Source of the DNA: Deltaproteobacteria bacterium
GTDB lineage: Bacteria; Desulfobacterota; Syntrophia; Syntrophales; Smithellaceae
Direction: 5' to 3'
Length of the DNA: 64,000 nucleotides
Assembly: GCA_022710585.1 (NCBI GenBank)
Contig: JAKLGV010000002.1
Location: 182,659 to 246,658 of the forward strand
Shown here: one piece after another, positions 1 through 9,593 of the stretch
How the letters are laid out: every line of letters begins with the position of its first letter
Position numbering within the stretch: position 1 is the stretch's first letter
The notes under the pieces: generated by a model
The model's database searches: none
Told to the model about the DNA's origin: nothing
The model's input: only the letters and a program-made list of their open reading frames with translations
Made by a program: the position numbers and the translations under genes

Positions 1-1257
1 ACCGTTCCAGTCGGTCAGAATCTTGTCATCCCTGTGTGGCCGTATCCGCTTTGCACGGCGGGCAAAAAGCTTTTCCCGGATGTGCTCCATAGCGTCGTCC
101 ACCGGTCTGATAGGATTGCCGGCTTCTGTCACGGGTTGGAGATGGGCGATGAAGTGGCCGGCGGGAATTTCGTTCATCCCGGCTGAGTCAAAATCCTCCC
201 CGTGCTGGTAGAGCGAAAGAAACAGATTGGCTTCTTGGGGCGTCAGAACCTCGCGGATTTCCTTTTCCGTCCAGAGATAAAACTTCCCTTCCACACCCTC
301 GCTGTCCGCGTCTTCGGCGCAGTAAAAAGCGCCCTGCTCATCCGTCAAATCGCGTAGAACATACGTAAAGATTTCGCGGGCGGTTTGCTCGTATGCCGGG
401 TTGGCCGTTGCCTGATAAAGTTCAATGTAGGCCATCGCCATCAGCGCCTGATCATAAAGCATCTTTTCAAAATGCGGGACGATCCAGCGGGCGTCGGTTG
501 AATAGCGGTGAAATCCGAATCCGATATGATCATAAATTCCGCCGTGCCGCATGTTTTGCAGCGTCTGTTCAACCATCCGCAGGGCTTTTGCTTCTCCGGT
601 CCGCTTCCAGTAGCGGAGCAGAAAAAAGAAATTGTGCGGAGAGGGGAATTTTGGGGCCTGACCAAAGCCTCCGACTATCGGATCAAAGCTCATGGACAGC
701 GACCGGTAGGCGCGATGCAACGTTTCTTCCGACAGATCGTTGGCCTTGCCAGAAAGCGACTGACGTAAAGCTTTCGTCATCTCTGACGCGGCGGAAAGAA
801 CGTCTGCGCGCCTCTGCTGCCAGACGGATTGAATCCGGGGAATGATATCCATCATTCCCGGCCGGCCATATTTATTTTCTCTGGGAATGTAGGTCGCGGC
901 AAAGAAGGGTTTTTTATCCGGCGTCATGATGATCGTTAATGGCCAGCCGCCGCTTTGCGTCATCAGTTGGCAGACTTTCATGTAAACGGCGTCGATGTCG
1001 GGGCGCTCTTCCCGGTCAACCTTGATATTCACAAAGGCATCGTTGAGCAGCGCGGCAACTTCCTCGTTCTCGAAGGATTCCCGCTCCATTACATGGCACC
1101 AGTGACAGGTGGAATATCCGATGGAAAGAAAAACAGGCTTGTCTTCCTTCTTTGCTTTGGCAAACGCCTCGTCGCTCCAGGGAAACCAGTCCACCGGATT
1201 GCGGGCATGCTGAAGGAGATAAGGACTTTTTTCATGAATCAGACGATTCGTTTTCAT
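1..1257 (-). CDS. Thioredoxin-domain protein, DUF255/YyaL (COG1331) family; C-terminus cut by window edge
   Basis: Not in the ORF track because it runs off the edge. The reverse-strand reading frame is open from the ATG at 1257 to position 1 (419 codons). My translation starts [62 protein letters not shown], the typical DUF255 N-terminus with a CHWC redox motif. Confidence 0.8.
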   Translation of the reverse strand, partial: MKTNRLIHEKSPYLLQHARNPVDWFPWSDEAFAKAKKEDKPVFLSIGYSTCHWCHVMERESFENEEVAALLNDAFVNIKVDREERPDIDAVYMKVCQLMTQSGGWPLTIIMTPDKKPFFAATYIPRENKYGRPGMMDIIPRIQSVWQQRRADVLSAASEMTKALRQSLSGKANDLSEETLHRAYRSLSMSFDPIVGGFGQAPKFPSPHNFFFLLRYWKRTGEAKALRMVEQTLQNMRHGGIYDHIGFGFHRYSTDARWIVPHFEKMLYDQALMAMAYIELYQATANPAYEQTAREIFTYVLRDLTDEQGAFYCAEDADSEGVEGKFYLWTEKEIREVLTPQEANLFLSLYQHGEDFDSAGMNEIPAGHFIAHLQPVTEAGNPIRPVDDAMEHIREKLFARRAKRIRPHRDDKILTDWNG

Positions 1258-1285
1258 TACGTCAATATAGTTACACCTGTATTTT

Positions 1286-1543
1286 TTACAAGGCTTTGGC
1301 AAAAACTTTTTCGATGGCTTCCTTTGTCGGAACACCTTCCATCATTTTTACATCGTCCACGTAGAAGGTCGGAACGTAATAGTAATCGTGTTGATCGGCA
1401 ATTTCCGGATTTTTTCTCTCGTCAATGATCATGAATGGAATTTTGGCATATTCCGGATGTTCGGCAAAAATCTCGATGATCATTTCCCTGGCTCTTCGGC
1501 AGTGAGGACAACCTTCAAAAACGAACATTGTAATCTGTTTCAT
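1286..1543 (-). CDS. Small thioredoxin/glutaredoxin-like protein (CPHC active site)
   Basis: ORF 1286..1630. The internal start [18 protein letters not shown] at 1543 is preceded by GGAG. It lies directly upstream of the DUF255 gene on the same strand. Confidence 0.7.
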   Translation of the reverse strand: MKQITMFVFEGCPHCRRAREMIIEIFAEHPEYAKIPFMIIDERKNPEIADQHDYYYVPTFYVDDVKMMEGVPTKEAIEKVFAKAL

Positions 1544-1697
1544 AATCTCCACTTCCCCTTTTTTTATGACAAAGACTTTCATTCCGAATCCCCGATTTAT
1601 CGGGTTTAGGAATCTCAAATTCTGAATCAAGACTTATCATGCCTGCAAACAGGGATTCGAAGTCACATAAAAAGAATTACGCCCAGCTTCTCTTTGT

Positions 1698-2522
1698 CTA
1701 CGCTTTCTGAACCTTGAAGACAATGCCCTGCTTATGGGTTCGCTCTTCCCATTCGGCAAAGCCTGCTCTTGAGGAAAGATTCCGCAACTCCTGTTGATCG
1801 AACCAGTGAATCCAATGCGCACTGGATACCATGGTTTGCAGTATTTGAGTCGCGTAATCACCTCCCCGGCAATAGGTAGCGCCCACGAAACACCCTCCTT
1901 TTTTTAAAGAGCGATAAATGGAATGAAACACGTTTTGAACATCCGGCAGCAGATGAAGCGCGCCCGCGCAGTGGATGCGATCAAAGCTTTCCGGGGCGAA
2001 CGGCCAGTTTGCCGCGTCGGCGCGGATCAGAGTGACGTTGTGAATCCCGCGGGCTTGCATGTTCCGGCCGGCATGTTCCAGCATTGGCATGGAAAGATCA
2101 GCGCCAATTATGTCAACCGGCTCTGCCGGGTCGGAGAAAAGCTCCGTGAAGTTTCCCGTGCCGCATGCCAGATCAAGAATATCCATGCCTGACGATACGT
2201 TCATCAACTGCTTCGACGTTTTCATCTCCCAGCCTAAATCGCTGATAATGGAGGTTAATATCGGACGCCAGATATTGTCGTAGACGGCAACCAGCGGCGC
2301 GAACTCCATCGCCCACTGGGTGGAGAAAATCACAGGCTCCGGGCTGTCGGGCGCCAGATTGATGATGCTATGAATGGCAGGAAAATGTGATCGGCAATTC
2401 CGGCAGAATAAAGCGGGGGATCCGCCGTTTTTTTTCGCCGTCACCGCACGCAGGGAATTCATCGGGCTGCCGGACGCGGAGCAAACAGGGCAGGTGAGTT
2501 TATTAAGAACGGAAGGCTTCAT
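1698..2522 (-). CDS. Class I SAM-dependent methyltransferase with N-terminal Cys4 zinc-ribbon
   Basis: Has the LDLACGTGNF SAM-binding motif. The N-terminus carries CPVC...CRNC. Confidence 0.75.
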   Translation of the reverse strand: MKPSVLNKLTCPVCSASGSPMNSLRAVTAKKNGGSPALFCRNCRSHFPAIHSIINLAPDSPEPVIFSTQWAMEFAPLVAVYDNIWRPILTSIISDLGWEMKTSKQLMNVSSGMDILDLACGTGNFTELFSDPAEPVDIIGADLSMPMLEHAGRNMQARGIHNVTLIRADAANWPFAPESFDRIHCAGALHLLPDVQNVFHSIYRSLKKGGCFVGATYCRGGDYATQILQTMVSSAHWIHWFDQQELRNLSSRAGFAEWEERTHKQGIVFKVQKA

Positions 2523-2728
2523 AGGGTTGACCCGCCGATTATGGTTCTGTACGATCCGTACGGTTGAAAATAGAATGATGATCTTAGAGCTGAAGTATAA
2601 GGTGAGCAGTCATGCATGTCAAGGCAATCTTGTCTGAAGAACACGGAGGGTGTTGCTTTTTTATTGCGTTTGCATTACACGTTCAAAAAAATTGCTGGAA
2701 AAACGGCTTCAATAAAGGAGAAACCGAG

Positions 2729-3874
2729 ATGAATTTTGAACTGACCGAAGAGATGAAAATGTTGAAGGAGATGGCTTACCGGTTTGCCGTATCAGAAATA
2801 AAGCCGGTTTCGCAGGAATGCGACGAGCATGAAAAATACCTGCCGGAAATCAGACAGAAAGCCGCACAAAACGGTCTGGTCGGTGCGTGGATTCCAGAAG
2901 AATACGGCGGTCCGGGCGCCGGAATCCTGGGCAATGCCATCATCACCGAAGAAATATCCAAGATCGATATGGGCATCAGTCTCAATATTGTCGCTTCCGG
3001 TTTCGGCTGCGAATCCATTTTAAACTTCGGGACCTATGAGCAGAAAAAGACCTATCTGCCGCCGATTTGCGCGGGCGAAAAAGTATGCGCCGGAGCCTAC
3101 ACCGAACCGAATGCGGGGACGGATGTCGCCGGCTACAAAACCCGTGCGGTCAAAGACGGCAGAGACTACATCATCAACGGAAACAAGATGTTCATTACCA
3201 ACGGCACGGTCTGCGATTTCATGGTCGCGCAGTGCATCACTCATCCCGAAGAAAAGAAGCACAATAGCTTCAGCCTGATCATTGTTCCGGCGGATGCCAA
3301 GGGAATTACGCGCAACAAGATTCACGGGAAGATGGGCATCCGCGCCAGCGACACTGCGGAAATCGCTTTTGAGGATGTGCGCGTTCCGCAAACCAATCTG
3401 GTCGGGAAGGAAGGACAGGGATTTCGCCAGCTCATGCACTTTTTCGACATCACCCGCGTGATGGTTTCCGGCCAGGCGCTGGGAATTTCGGAAGCCTGTC
3501 TGGATGCCAGCATCAAATATGTGAAAGAAAGAACAGCTTTTGGCGCTCCGCTGGGTGCCTATCAGATGACCCAGATGAAGCTCACGGAGATGGCCATTCG
3601 CATTGAGGCACTGCGCGGTCTGGTTTACAAAGCCGCCTGGCTGATTGATCAGGACAGGCCCGATTATACACTGGCTGCGATGGCTAAATTCTACGGCGGG
3701 CAGACGGCGGTATTTTGCGCCAATTATGCCGTGGAACTGCACGGCGGCTATGGTTATATCGAGGAATATCCCGTGCAGAAATGGTATCGGGACGCGAAGA
3801 TTCTGGAGCTTTATGAAGGCACCAAGGAAGCGGAAATCATGACCATTGGCCGCGCGCTTCAGGCCAGGTCATAA
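2729..3874 (+). CDS. Acyl-CoA dehydrogenase
   Basis: Start MNFELTEEMKMLKEMA follows AAAGGAG. ACAD motifs are present: AYTEPNAGTD, FITNG, and a C-terminal ELYEGTKE catalytic-base region. The track ORF begins earlier, at 2612. Confidence 0.85.
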   Translation: MNFELTEEMKMLKEMAYRFAVSEIKPVSQECDEHEKYLPEIRQKAAQNGLVGAWIPEEYGGPGAGILGNAIITEEISKIDMGISLNIVASGFGCESILNFGTYEQKKTYLPPICAGEKVCAGAYTEPNAGTDVAGYKTRAVKDGRDYIINGNKMFITNGTVCDFMVAQCITHPEEKKHNSFSLIIVPADAKGITRNKIHGKMGIRASDTAEIAFEDVRVPQTNLVGKEGQGFRQLMHFFDITRVMVSGQALGISEACLDASIKYVKERTAFGAPLGAYQMTQMKLTEMAIRIEALRGLVYKAAWLIDQDRPDYTLAAMAKFYGGQTAVFCANYAVELHGGYGYIEEYPVQKWYRDAKILELYEGTKEAEIMTIGRALQARS

Positions 3875-4004
3875 GAAGGATATCCGGTGGCAAACCAGCC
3901 TGAATTTAGGTACACAATGACTCCTCGCTGATAGATATGCCGGGCAAATTAATCCTTGAAAATGGCGGTTGGAATTGTTACAAGCGCTGCAAAAGAGGTA
4001 GGGC

Positions 4005-4421
4005 TTGCGAATCCTGGGTCTTGATTACGGCGAAAAGAGAATAGGTGTGGCGGTGTGCGATGAATTGGGCATGACCGCTCAGGGGCTGCCCACCATTATC
4101 AGAAAAGATAAAAAACACGACGGGGGGATTTTAGGCACACTGGTTGATGATTACAGAGTTGAAAAGATTGTGATCGGCTACCCGGTGAGGCTGGACGGCT
4201 CCGAGGGCATCCAGTGCGAGAAGGTCAATCGTTTTGCTTTATGGATGGAGAAAACATTCGCTCTTCCCGTGATTAAATGGCCGGAAACGCTTTCCACAAA
4301 GGAAGCTGAAGACATCATGATGCACTCCGGAGTCCGCTGGAAAAAAAGAAAACAAAAGGTGGATCAACTGGCCGCCTGTCTGATTCTTCAGGGCTATCTG
4401 GATTCCCTTGCCCGATCGTGA
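4005..4421 (+). CDS. ruvX: Holliday junction resolvase-like RuvX/YqgF
   Basis: MRILGLDYGEKRIGVAVCD is the typical YqgF N-terminus. The start codon is TTG. Confidence 0.85.
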   Translation: MRILGLDYGEKRIGVAVCDELGMTAQGLPTIIRKDKKHDGGILGTLVDDYRVEKIVIGYPVRLDGSEGIQCEKVNRFALWMEKTFALPVIKWPETLSTKEAEDIMMHSGVRWKKRKQKVDQLAACLILQGYLDSLARS

Positions 4422-5676
4422 ATCCACGCCCGCATCAATGCCGACCATGAAAGAAAATCAAAGAAATAACCATCCCCGCAAAGTCCCCGCGAAAAATAAA
4501 TTTCCGGGAGACCGTTTGGGGCATCCGCACTGGTGGACCAGCAAGTTCCCCGTCTTCTTTCGTTTCGTGAAAAAATATTTATCTTTTAATAGAATCATCC
4601 GCCGCGGTCTTCTCATAATATCCGCCGGTCTTCTCATCCTCTGTCTTCTTTTTTTGAATTACTCATTCAGTCCGATTGACAGAAATAATCTAACCGTCAT
4701 TGTGAATATACCGACCGGCTCCAGCTTTCTGGAAAGTGTGGAAAATCTAAGCAGAGCGGGGCTGATTAAGAATCGCTTTTTCTTTTTGAGCTTGGCAACC
4801 CTTAAAAAAGCCGGACGCCACATCCGCGCCGGTGAATATGAAATCAATACGATGATCACGCCGTGGACCATGATTAATAAAATCGTTCGCGGCGAAATCA
4901 AGCAATATAGGGTATCGATTCCTGAAGATCTCTCCATACGGGATGTTGCCGAAATTCTGGATAAGGATAAATTAATCAATAAAGACATTTTTTTTCAGCT
5001 GGCCAGAGACAGGGAATTTCTGGCCTCTTTGAATATTCAGGCGGATTCCATCGAAGGGTATCTTTTCCCGGAAACCTACTTTTTTAACCGTTCAATGAAT
5101 ACCCAGCTGATTATGAAGAAAATGGTGGATACGTTCTGGCAGAATGTAACGCCCGCGATGATTAAAAAAGCAAACGACAGCGGCTTGAGTATTCATGAAC
5201 TGGTGACTTTTGCGTCCCTCATCGGCAAAGAATCAGCGCATAATGCTGAAAAACCAATGATCGCCGCCGTGTTTAAAAACAGAATGAAGAAAGGGATGCG
5301 CTTGCAGAGCGACCCGACCGCTGTTTATGATTTTTATAAATTTAAAGGGAAAGTTTTACGCAGTCATCTGAGAAGAAATTCACCCTATAATACTTATTTA
5401 ATCAAAGGCTTGCCGCCGGGGCCGATTGCCAATCCCGGCCTGGATTCGCTGAAAGCAACCGTCAATCCGGCTCCTGTTGATTATCTTTATTTTGTGTCCA
5501 AGCAAAACGGAACGCATTATTTTTCGAGTACCTTGTCCGAACACAATCTGGCTGTTCAGCGATATATTTATGAGAAAAATGAACAAATACAGGAACTTGG
5601 GAGCAACGTTCCGCAGCCGGTTGAAGAGGGCTCGTCGCAGCGTATTGAAGATGGAGCATTAGATCAGGAAAACTAA
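4408..5676 (+). CDS. mltG: Endolytic murein transglycosylase MltG (YceG family)
   Basis: Has an N-terminal TM segment. YceG motifs are present: IEGYLFPETYFF, ASLIGKES, QSDPT, YNTYLIKGLPPGPIANPG. The exact start (4408 or 4447) is uncertain. Confidence 0.85.
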   Translation: MPDRESTPASMPTMKENQRNNHPRKVPAKNKFPGDRLGHPHWWTSKFPVFFRFVKKYLSFNRIIRRGLLIISAGLLILCLLFLNYSFSPIDRNNLTVIVNIPTGSSFLESVENLSRAGLIKNRFFFLSLATLKKAGRHIRAGEYEINTMITPWTMINKIVRGEIKQYRVSIPEDLSIRDVAEILDKDKLINKDIFFQLARDREFLASLNIQADSIEGYLFPETYFFNRSMNTQLIMKKMVDTFWQNVTPAMIKKANDSGLSIHELVTFASLIGKESAHNAEKPMIAAVFKNRMKKGMRLQSDPTAVYDFYKFKGKVLRSHLRRNSPYNTYLIKGLPPGPIANPGLDSLKATVNPAPVDYLYFVSKQNGTHYFSSTLSEHNLAVQRYIYEKNEQIQELGSNVPQPVEEGSSQRIEDGALDQEN

Positions 5677-5809
5677 AACGAGTAAGTTCCCGCGCCGGAG
5701 CCTTCCCATTTTTTTTCATTTTTTCATCCCGAATGACGGGTCACACCATTTACCCTTTTTTCCCTGTAATTTTAAGTCGTTTTAATTGAAAAAAAGTTGC
5801 ATTTTTTTC

Positions 5810-5838
5810 TTGACAAAGGCCATCTCCGCCTCTATAGT
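5810..5838 (+). promoter_or_regulatory. Sigma-70-like promoter of the dcw cluster (TTGACA-17 nt-TATAGT)
   Basis: TTGACA lies at 5810-5815 and TATAGT at 5833-5838, with an exact 17-nt spacer. It sits 41 nt upstream of the mraZ ATG. Confidence 0.6.
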
Positions 5839-5844
5839 TGCCAC

Positions 5845-5870
5845 GTGGAGTGAAGTGGCTTGTTGTGGAG
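5845..5870 (+). promoter_or_regulatory. Putative MraZ operator: three GTGG direct repeats at 10-nt spacing
   Basis: GTGG starts at 5845, 5855 and 5865 (GTGGAGTGAA GTGGCTTGTT GTGGAG). The array lies between the -10 box and the mraZ RBS. Confidence 0.5.
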
Positions 5871-5878
5871 GTAAGTTG

Positions 5879-6319
5879 ATGTCTGTTTTCAGGGGTCAAT
5901 ATCATCATACTATCGATGAAAAAGGAAGGATAATTTTCCCTTCCCGATTTCGTGAAATATTTTCTGAAGAATATGAAAACAAGTTGGTGATTACAACCTG
6001 GGATCAATATTTAATGGTATTTCCGTACGATGAGTGGCTGATCATTGAAGAAAAAGTAGCTCATCAGTCCAAGTTGCGCAGGGAAGTTCGGGAGTTTCAG
6101 CGTTTTTTTATGTCCGGGGCAATCGATTGCAACATTGACGGACAGGGACGTGTGCTGATACCGCCTGCTTTTCGTGAATATGCTCAGTTGGAAAAAGATA
6201 TTGTTCTGGTGGGCATGCAGAAGAATATCGAAATCTGGTCGAAGGCTCGTCACGAAGAATGGAGGAAACACGTCGAAATCGACAAGTGCGCTGACATTAT
6301 CGCTGACCTGGGAATTTGA
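5879..6319 (+). CDS. mraZ: Transcriptional regulator MraZ
   Basis: MSVFRGQYHHTIDEKGRIIFPSRFRE, with a second SpoVT/AbrB-like repeat DGQGRVLIPPAFRE. GGAGG lies 7 nt upstream. The track ORF starts earlier, at 5786. Confidence 0.9.
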   Translation: MSVFRGQYHHTIDEKGRIIFPSRFREIFSEEYENKLVITTWDQYLMVFPYDEWLIIEEKVAHQSKLRREVREFQRFFMSGAIDCNIDGQGRVLIPPAFREYAQLEKDIVLVGMQKNIEIWSKARHEEWRKHVEIDKCADIIADLGI

Positions 6320-7260
6320 AAGCCATGATTGCCGAGTTCTATCACGAGCCGGTAATGCTGAAAGAAGTTATTGATTCACTTTTGGTCAGCAAAACGGGCG
6401 TATATGTAGACGGCACCATCGGCGGCGCCGGCCACGCGTATGCCATACTGAAAGCAACCGAAGCTTTGCTGGTGGGCATTGATCGTGATGAAGACGCTCT
6501 GTGTTTCGCGGAAAAAAGGCTGGCTGAATTCGGATCGCGTAAAATTCTAGTAAAAGAAAATTTTGCTAATTTAGACAATATACTGAAAAGTTTAAATATC
6601 AAACAAGTTGACGGTGTGCTGCTGGATATGGGCGTTTCATCCCGTCAACTGGATGCCTCGGAAAGAGGGTTTAGTTTCAGTCAGCAGGCGCCGCTTGATA
6701 TGCGCATGGATCGCAGCATGAAGTCAAGTGCTTATGATATTGTCAACACGTTTGCGCAAAGCGAACTGGAAAAGATGATCAGACTTTACGGGGAAGAGAA
6801 AATGGCGGCAAGAATAGCGAGGGCAATCTCAAAAAGAAGACAGGAAGCGCCCATTCGGACAACAACCGAGCTCGCCTCGATTGTTGCCTCCTGCATGCCC
6901 GCGAAATTAAAATGGCAGAAAATTCATCCGGCCACGAGAACATTTCAGGCCATCAGAATCGCCGTCAACCATGAGCTCGAGAATATCAAACCCGCGATTC
7001 ATGCCGCCGCCGATGTTTTAAAGCCGGGCGGCCGCCTTTGTGTGATCTCTTTCCATTCGCTGGAGGACCGCATTGTCAAAAACGAAATCCGTTCACTGGA
7101 GGGCGGTTGTGTCTGTCCTCCGGATATTCCGGTGTGCGTCTGTAAAAGAGAAGCAAAACTGAAAAATATCACGAAAAAGGCAATCATGCCGACAGCAGAA
7201 GAAATCGAATCCAACCCGCGGGCGCGCAGCGCGAAATTGCGGGTTGCCGGGAGACTTTAA
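6316..7260 (+). CDS. rsmH: 16S rRNA (cytosine1402-N4)-methyltransferase RsmH
   Basis: HEPVML, YVDGTIGGAGHA, LLDMGVSS and SFHSLEDRIVK motifs are present. The start is TTG at 6316 or ATG at 6325. Confidence 0.9.
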   Translation: MKAMIAEFYHEPVMLKEVIDSLLVSKTGVYVDGTIGGAGHAYAILKATEALLVGIDRDEDALCFAEKRLAEFGSRKILVKENFANLDNILKSLNIKQVDGVLLDMGVSSRQLDASERGFSFSQQAPLDMRMDRSMKSSAYDIVNTFAQSELEKMIRLYGEEKMAARIARAISKRRQEAPIRTTTELASIVASCMPAKLKWQKIHPATRTFQAIRIAVNHELENIKPAIHAAADVLKPGGRLCVISFHSLEDRIVKNEIRSLEGGCVCPPDIPVCVCKREAKLKNITKKAIMPTAEEIESNPRARSAKLRVAGRL

Positions 7261-7608
7261 ATGGCACAGTCCGCGCAGTCTGTGGAAACACGAGTGATGC
7301 CGCATCTCAAAGAGACGGAAGAAGTCTCTCTGGGAATCAAGTTTCCCACGTTCATCGTTTTTGCCCTTGTCCTGATGTTTGTGGCGCTGATCTATGTCGG
7401 CTCGCACATCCGCATGACCGAGATGGAATATCAGATCGCGGCCGAACTCAGCACGCAGCAGCAAAAGCTGGAAGAACAGAAAAAATTGAAGCTGGAATAC
7501 GCGATGCTGAAATCGCCGCAAAGAATTGAAAGTATCGCGAGCAGCAGACTGCAGATGGCCTATCCCGATAACGGACAGGTCATCGTCTTGAAGCATTCGG
7601 GAGAATAA
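7261..7608 (+). CDS. ftsL: Cell division protein FtsL-like (small bitopic membrane protein)
   Basis: 115 aa with a single TM segment (FIVFALVLMFVALIYVG) followed by a coiled-coil-like segment. It occupies the conserved position between rsmH and ftsI. Confidence 0.6.
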   Translation: MAQSAQSVETRVMPHLKETEEVSLGIKFPTFIVFALVLMFVALIYVGSHIRMTEMEYQIAAELSTQQQKLEEQKKLKLEYAMLKSPQRIESIASSRLQMAYPDNGQVIVLKHSGE

Positions 7609-7609
7609 A

Positions 7610-9586
7610 ATGGGAGCCGCCTCGAAAGAAAGACTGAAATTCAGAATCATCATGATTTTCATGTTTTTCTTCATTTTGTTTGTCGCGTTGATTTCCCGCG
7701 CTTTTCAGCTGCAGGTGTTATCCGGCCAGAAGCTGAAAAAACTGGCGAACAGACAGCATACCGCGGTGCTGCAGTTGCAGGCCGAAAGGGGAGTCATTTA
7801 CGACCGCAACGGCGAGAAGCTGGCCATATCCATCATGGCGGATTCCGTCTGTGCGGATCCTTCCAAAATCATTGATCCGGCCATGACGTCTTCGCAGATC
7901 GCGAAAATTCTCGGTGTGGATCGGGAGGATGTTTTCAAAAAATTGTCCGCGCCGAAGAGCTTTTGCTGGCTGGCCAGAAGAATTTCGCCGGAACAGTCCG
8001 CGGCGGTAGCTAATGCGGATATAGAAGGAATTTTTCTGGTCAAAGAGCCGAAGCGCTTTTATCCCAACGGGGAACTGGCCGCGCATTTGCTGGGATTTGT
8101 CGGTCTGGACGCCCACGGCCTGGAGGGATTGGAGAAAAAGTTTGATGACTCTTTGAAAGGCAAGCCGGAAAAACTGGCCTGGGCCAGGGACGCGAAGGGG
8201 AAAAAACTATTTCTCAGGGTGGAACACACGGACACGCCCAAAGATGATACGGAAAACCTGGTTTTAACCATTGACAACAGAATTCAATACCTCGTGGAAA
8301 CCAGCCTCAAAGAAGCCGTGCTGGACAAAGGCGCTAAAGGGGGGCTGGCCATCGTCATGGATCCCAAGACGGGAGAAATTCTGGCGCTGGCCAACCAGTT
8401 GGGATTCAATCCCAATAATGTTGCGGATCTGAAACCGGAAAGATGGCGCAATCACGCCATTGCCGATTATTATGATCCGGGATCGACCTTTAAGCCTTTT
8501 TTAGTAGCCGGCGCGCTGGAAGAGAAGATTATCAGGGAATCCGACAGATTCTTCTGTGAAAACGGAAACTATAAAGTGGCGAATCGTGTGATTCATGAAG
8601 CGCAGCGGAAGCGTCATGGAATATTGACCGTGAGAGAGATATTGAAATACTCCAGTAATATCGGCTCGGCAAAGATTGCCCAGAAGATGGGGAAAGAAAA
8701 ATTTCACCAGTACATTCAGAATTTCGGCTTCGGATCGAAGACCGGCATTGAACTACCCGGCGAATCATCCGGACTGGTGAGACCGGTCAAGAATTGGGTG
8801 CCCGTGGATACCGCGATGATCGCCTTCGGTCAGGGCATTTCCGTGACGGCCATTCAGCTCATTTCGGCCTTCTCCGCCATCGCCAATGACGGCGTTCTGA
8901 TGAAACCGTACCTGGTCCGTGGTGTCGCCGATCAGAATAATAATCTGGTCAAACTCTACACGCCAACCGTTGTGCGTAAAGTGATTTCTCCCGGGACGGC
9001 GAAGCGCCTGACCCACATGCTGACGGATGTGGTCGGCGCTGAAGACGGCACCGGCAAAAACGCGAAAATGGAACATGTCGCCGTTGCCGGCAAAACAGGG
9101 ACGTCGCAGAAATTTGACGCGGCCCGCGGCGTTTTTTCTTCAGAAAAAGTGCGGACATCGTTTATCGGATTTTTCCCGGCGGACAATCCGCAGGTTGCCA
9201 TTCTGGTCATTCTCGATGAGCCGCAGAAAGACCGATGGGGAGGCGTGGCATCCGCGCCGGTCTTTAAAAAGATCGGCGAGCAGATTCTTAATTGCTTCAA
9301 AACCAATATCCGGGAAACGCCTGTTTTTGAAAAAGACAAAGTGGAAAAGGTGCAGCTGGTTTCCGCTCAGGAAACCCTCGTGCCCCAGAGCGCTGTTGAA
9401 AGCGATCTACCGATCATGCCTGATTTTACGGGATTGACCATCCGGGAAGCGATGAAAAAAGCAAAAGCCGAATCCATCGATCTGAAAATATCAGGCCATG
9501 GGTGGGCGGTCCGCCAGTCCCCCGCGGCATTCTCGCCCCTGGGCGGCGATCGTTTATGCAGTGTCGTATTTGAATTAAATAATTGA
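7610..9586 (+). CDS. ftsI: Peptidoglycan D,D-transpeptidase FtsI (PBP3) with C-terminal PASTA-like domain
   Basis: Has an N-terminal TM segment. Transpeptidase motifs STFK, SSN and KTGT are present. It sits in the dcw position. Confidence 0.9.
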   Translation: MGAASKERLKFRIIMIFMFFFILFVALISRAFQLQVLSGQKLKKLANRQHTAVLQLQAERGVIYDRNGEKLAISIMADSVCADPSKIIDPAMTSSQIAKILGVDREDVFKKLSAPKSFCWLARRISPEQSAAVANADIEGIFLVKEPKRFYPNGELAAHLLGFVGLDAHGLEGLEKKFDDSLKGKPEKLAWARDAKGKKLFLRVEHTDTPKDDTENLVLTIDNRIQYLVETSLKEAVLDKGAKGGLAIVMDPKTGEILALANQLGFNPNNVADLKPERWRNHAIADYYDPGSTFKPFLVAGALEEKIIRESDRFFCENGNYKVANRVIHEAQRKRHGILTVREILKYSSNIGSAKIAQKMGKEKFHQYIQNFGFGSKTGIELPGESSGLVRPVKNWVPVDTAMIAFGQGISVTAIQLISAFSAIANDGVLMKPYLVRGVADQNNNLVKLYTPTVVRKVISPGTAKRLTHMLTDVVGAEDGTGKNAKMEHVAVAGKTGTSQKFDAARGVFSSEKVRTSFIGFFPADNPQVAILVILDEPQKDRWGGVASAPVFKKIGEQILNCFKTNIRETPVFEKDKVEKVQLVSAQETLVPQSAVESDLPIMPDFTGLTIREAMKKAKAESIDLKISGHGWAVRQSPAAFSPLGGDRLCSVVFELNN

Positions 9587-9593
9587 GGTTAAC

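Noticed and set aside
393-845. 150-aa plus-strand ORF and neighbouring small ORFs at the window start
   Set aside because: They are antisense to the DUF255/YyaL gene. That gene is missing from the ORF track only because it runs off the window edge.
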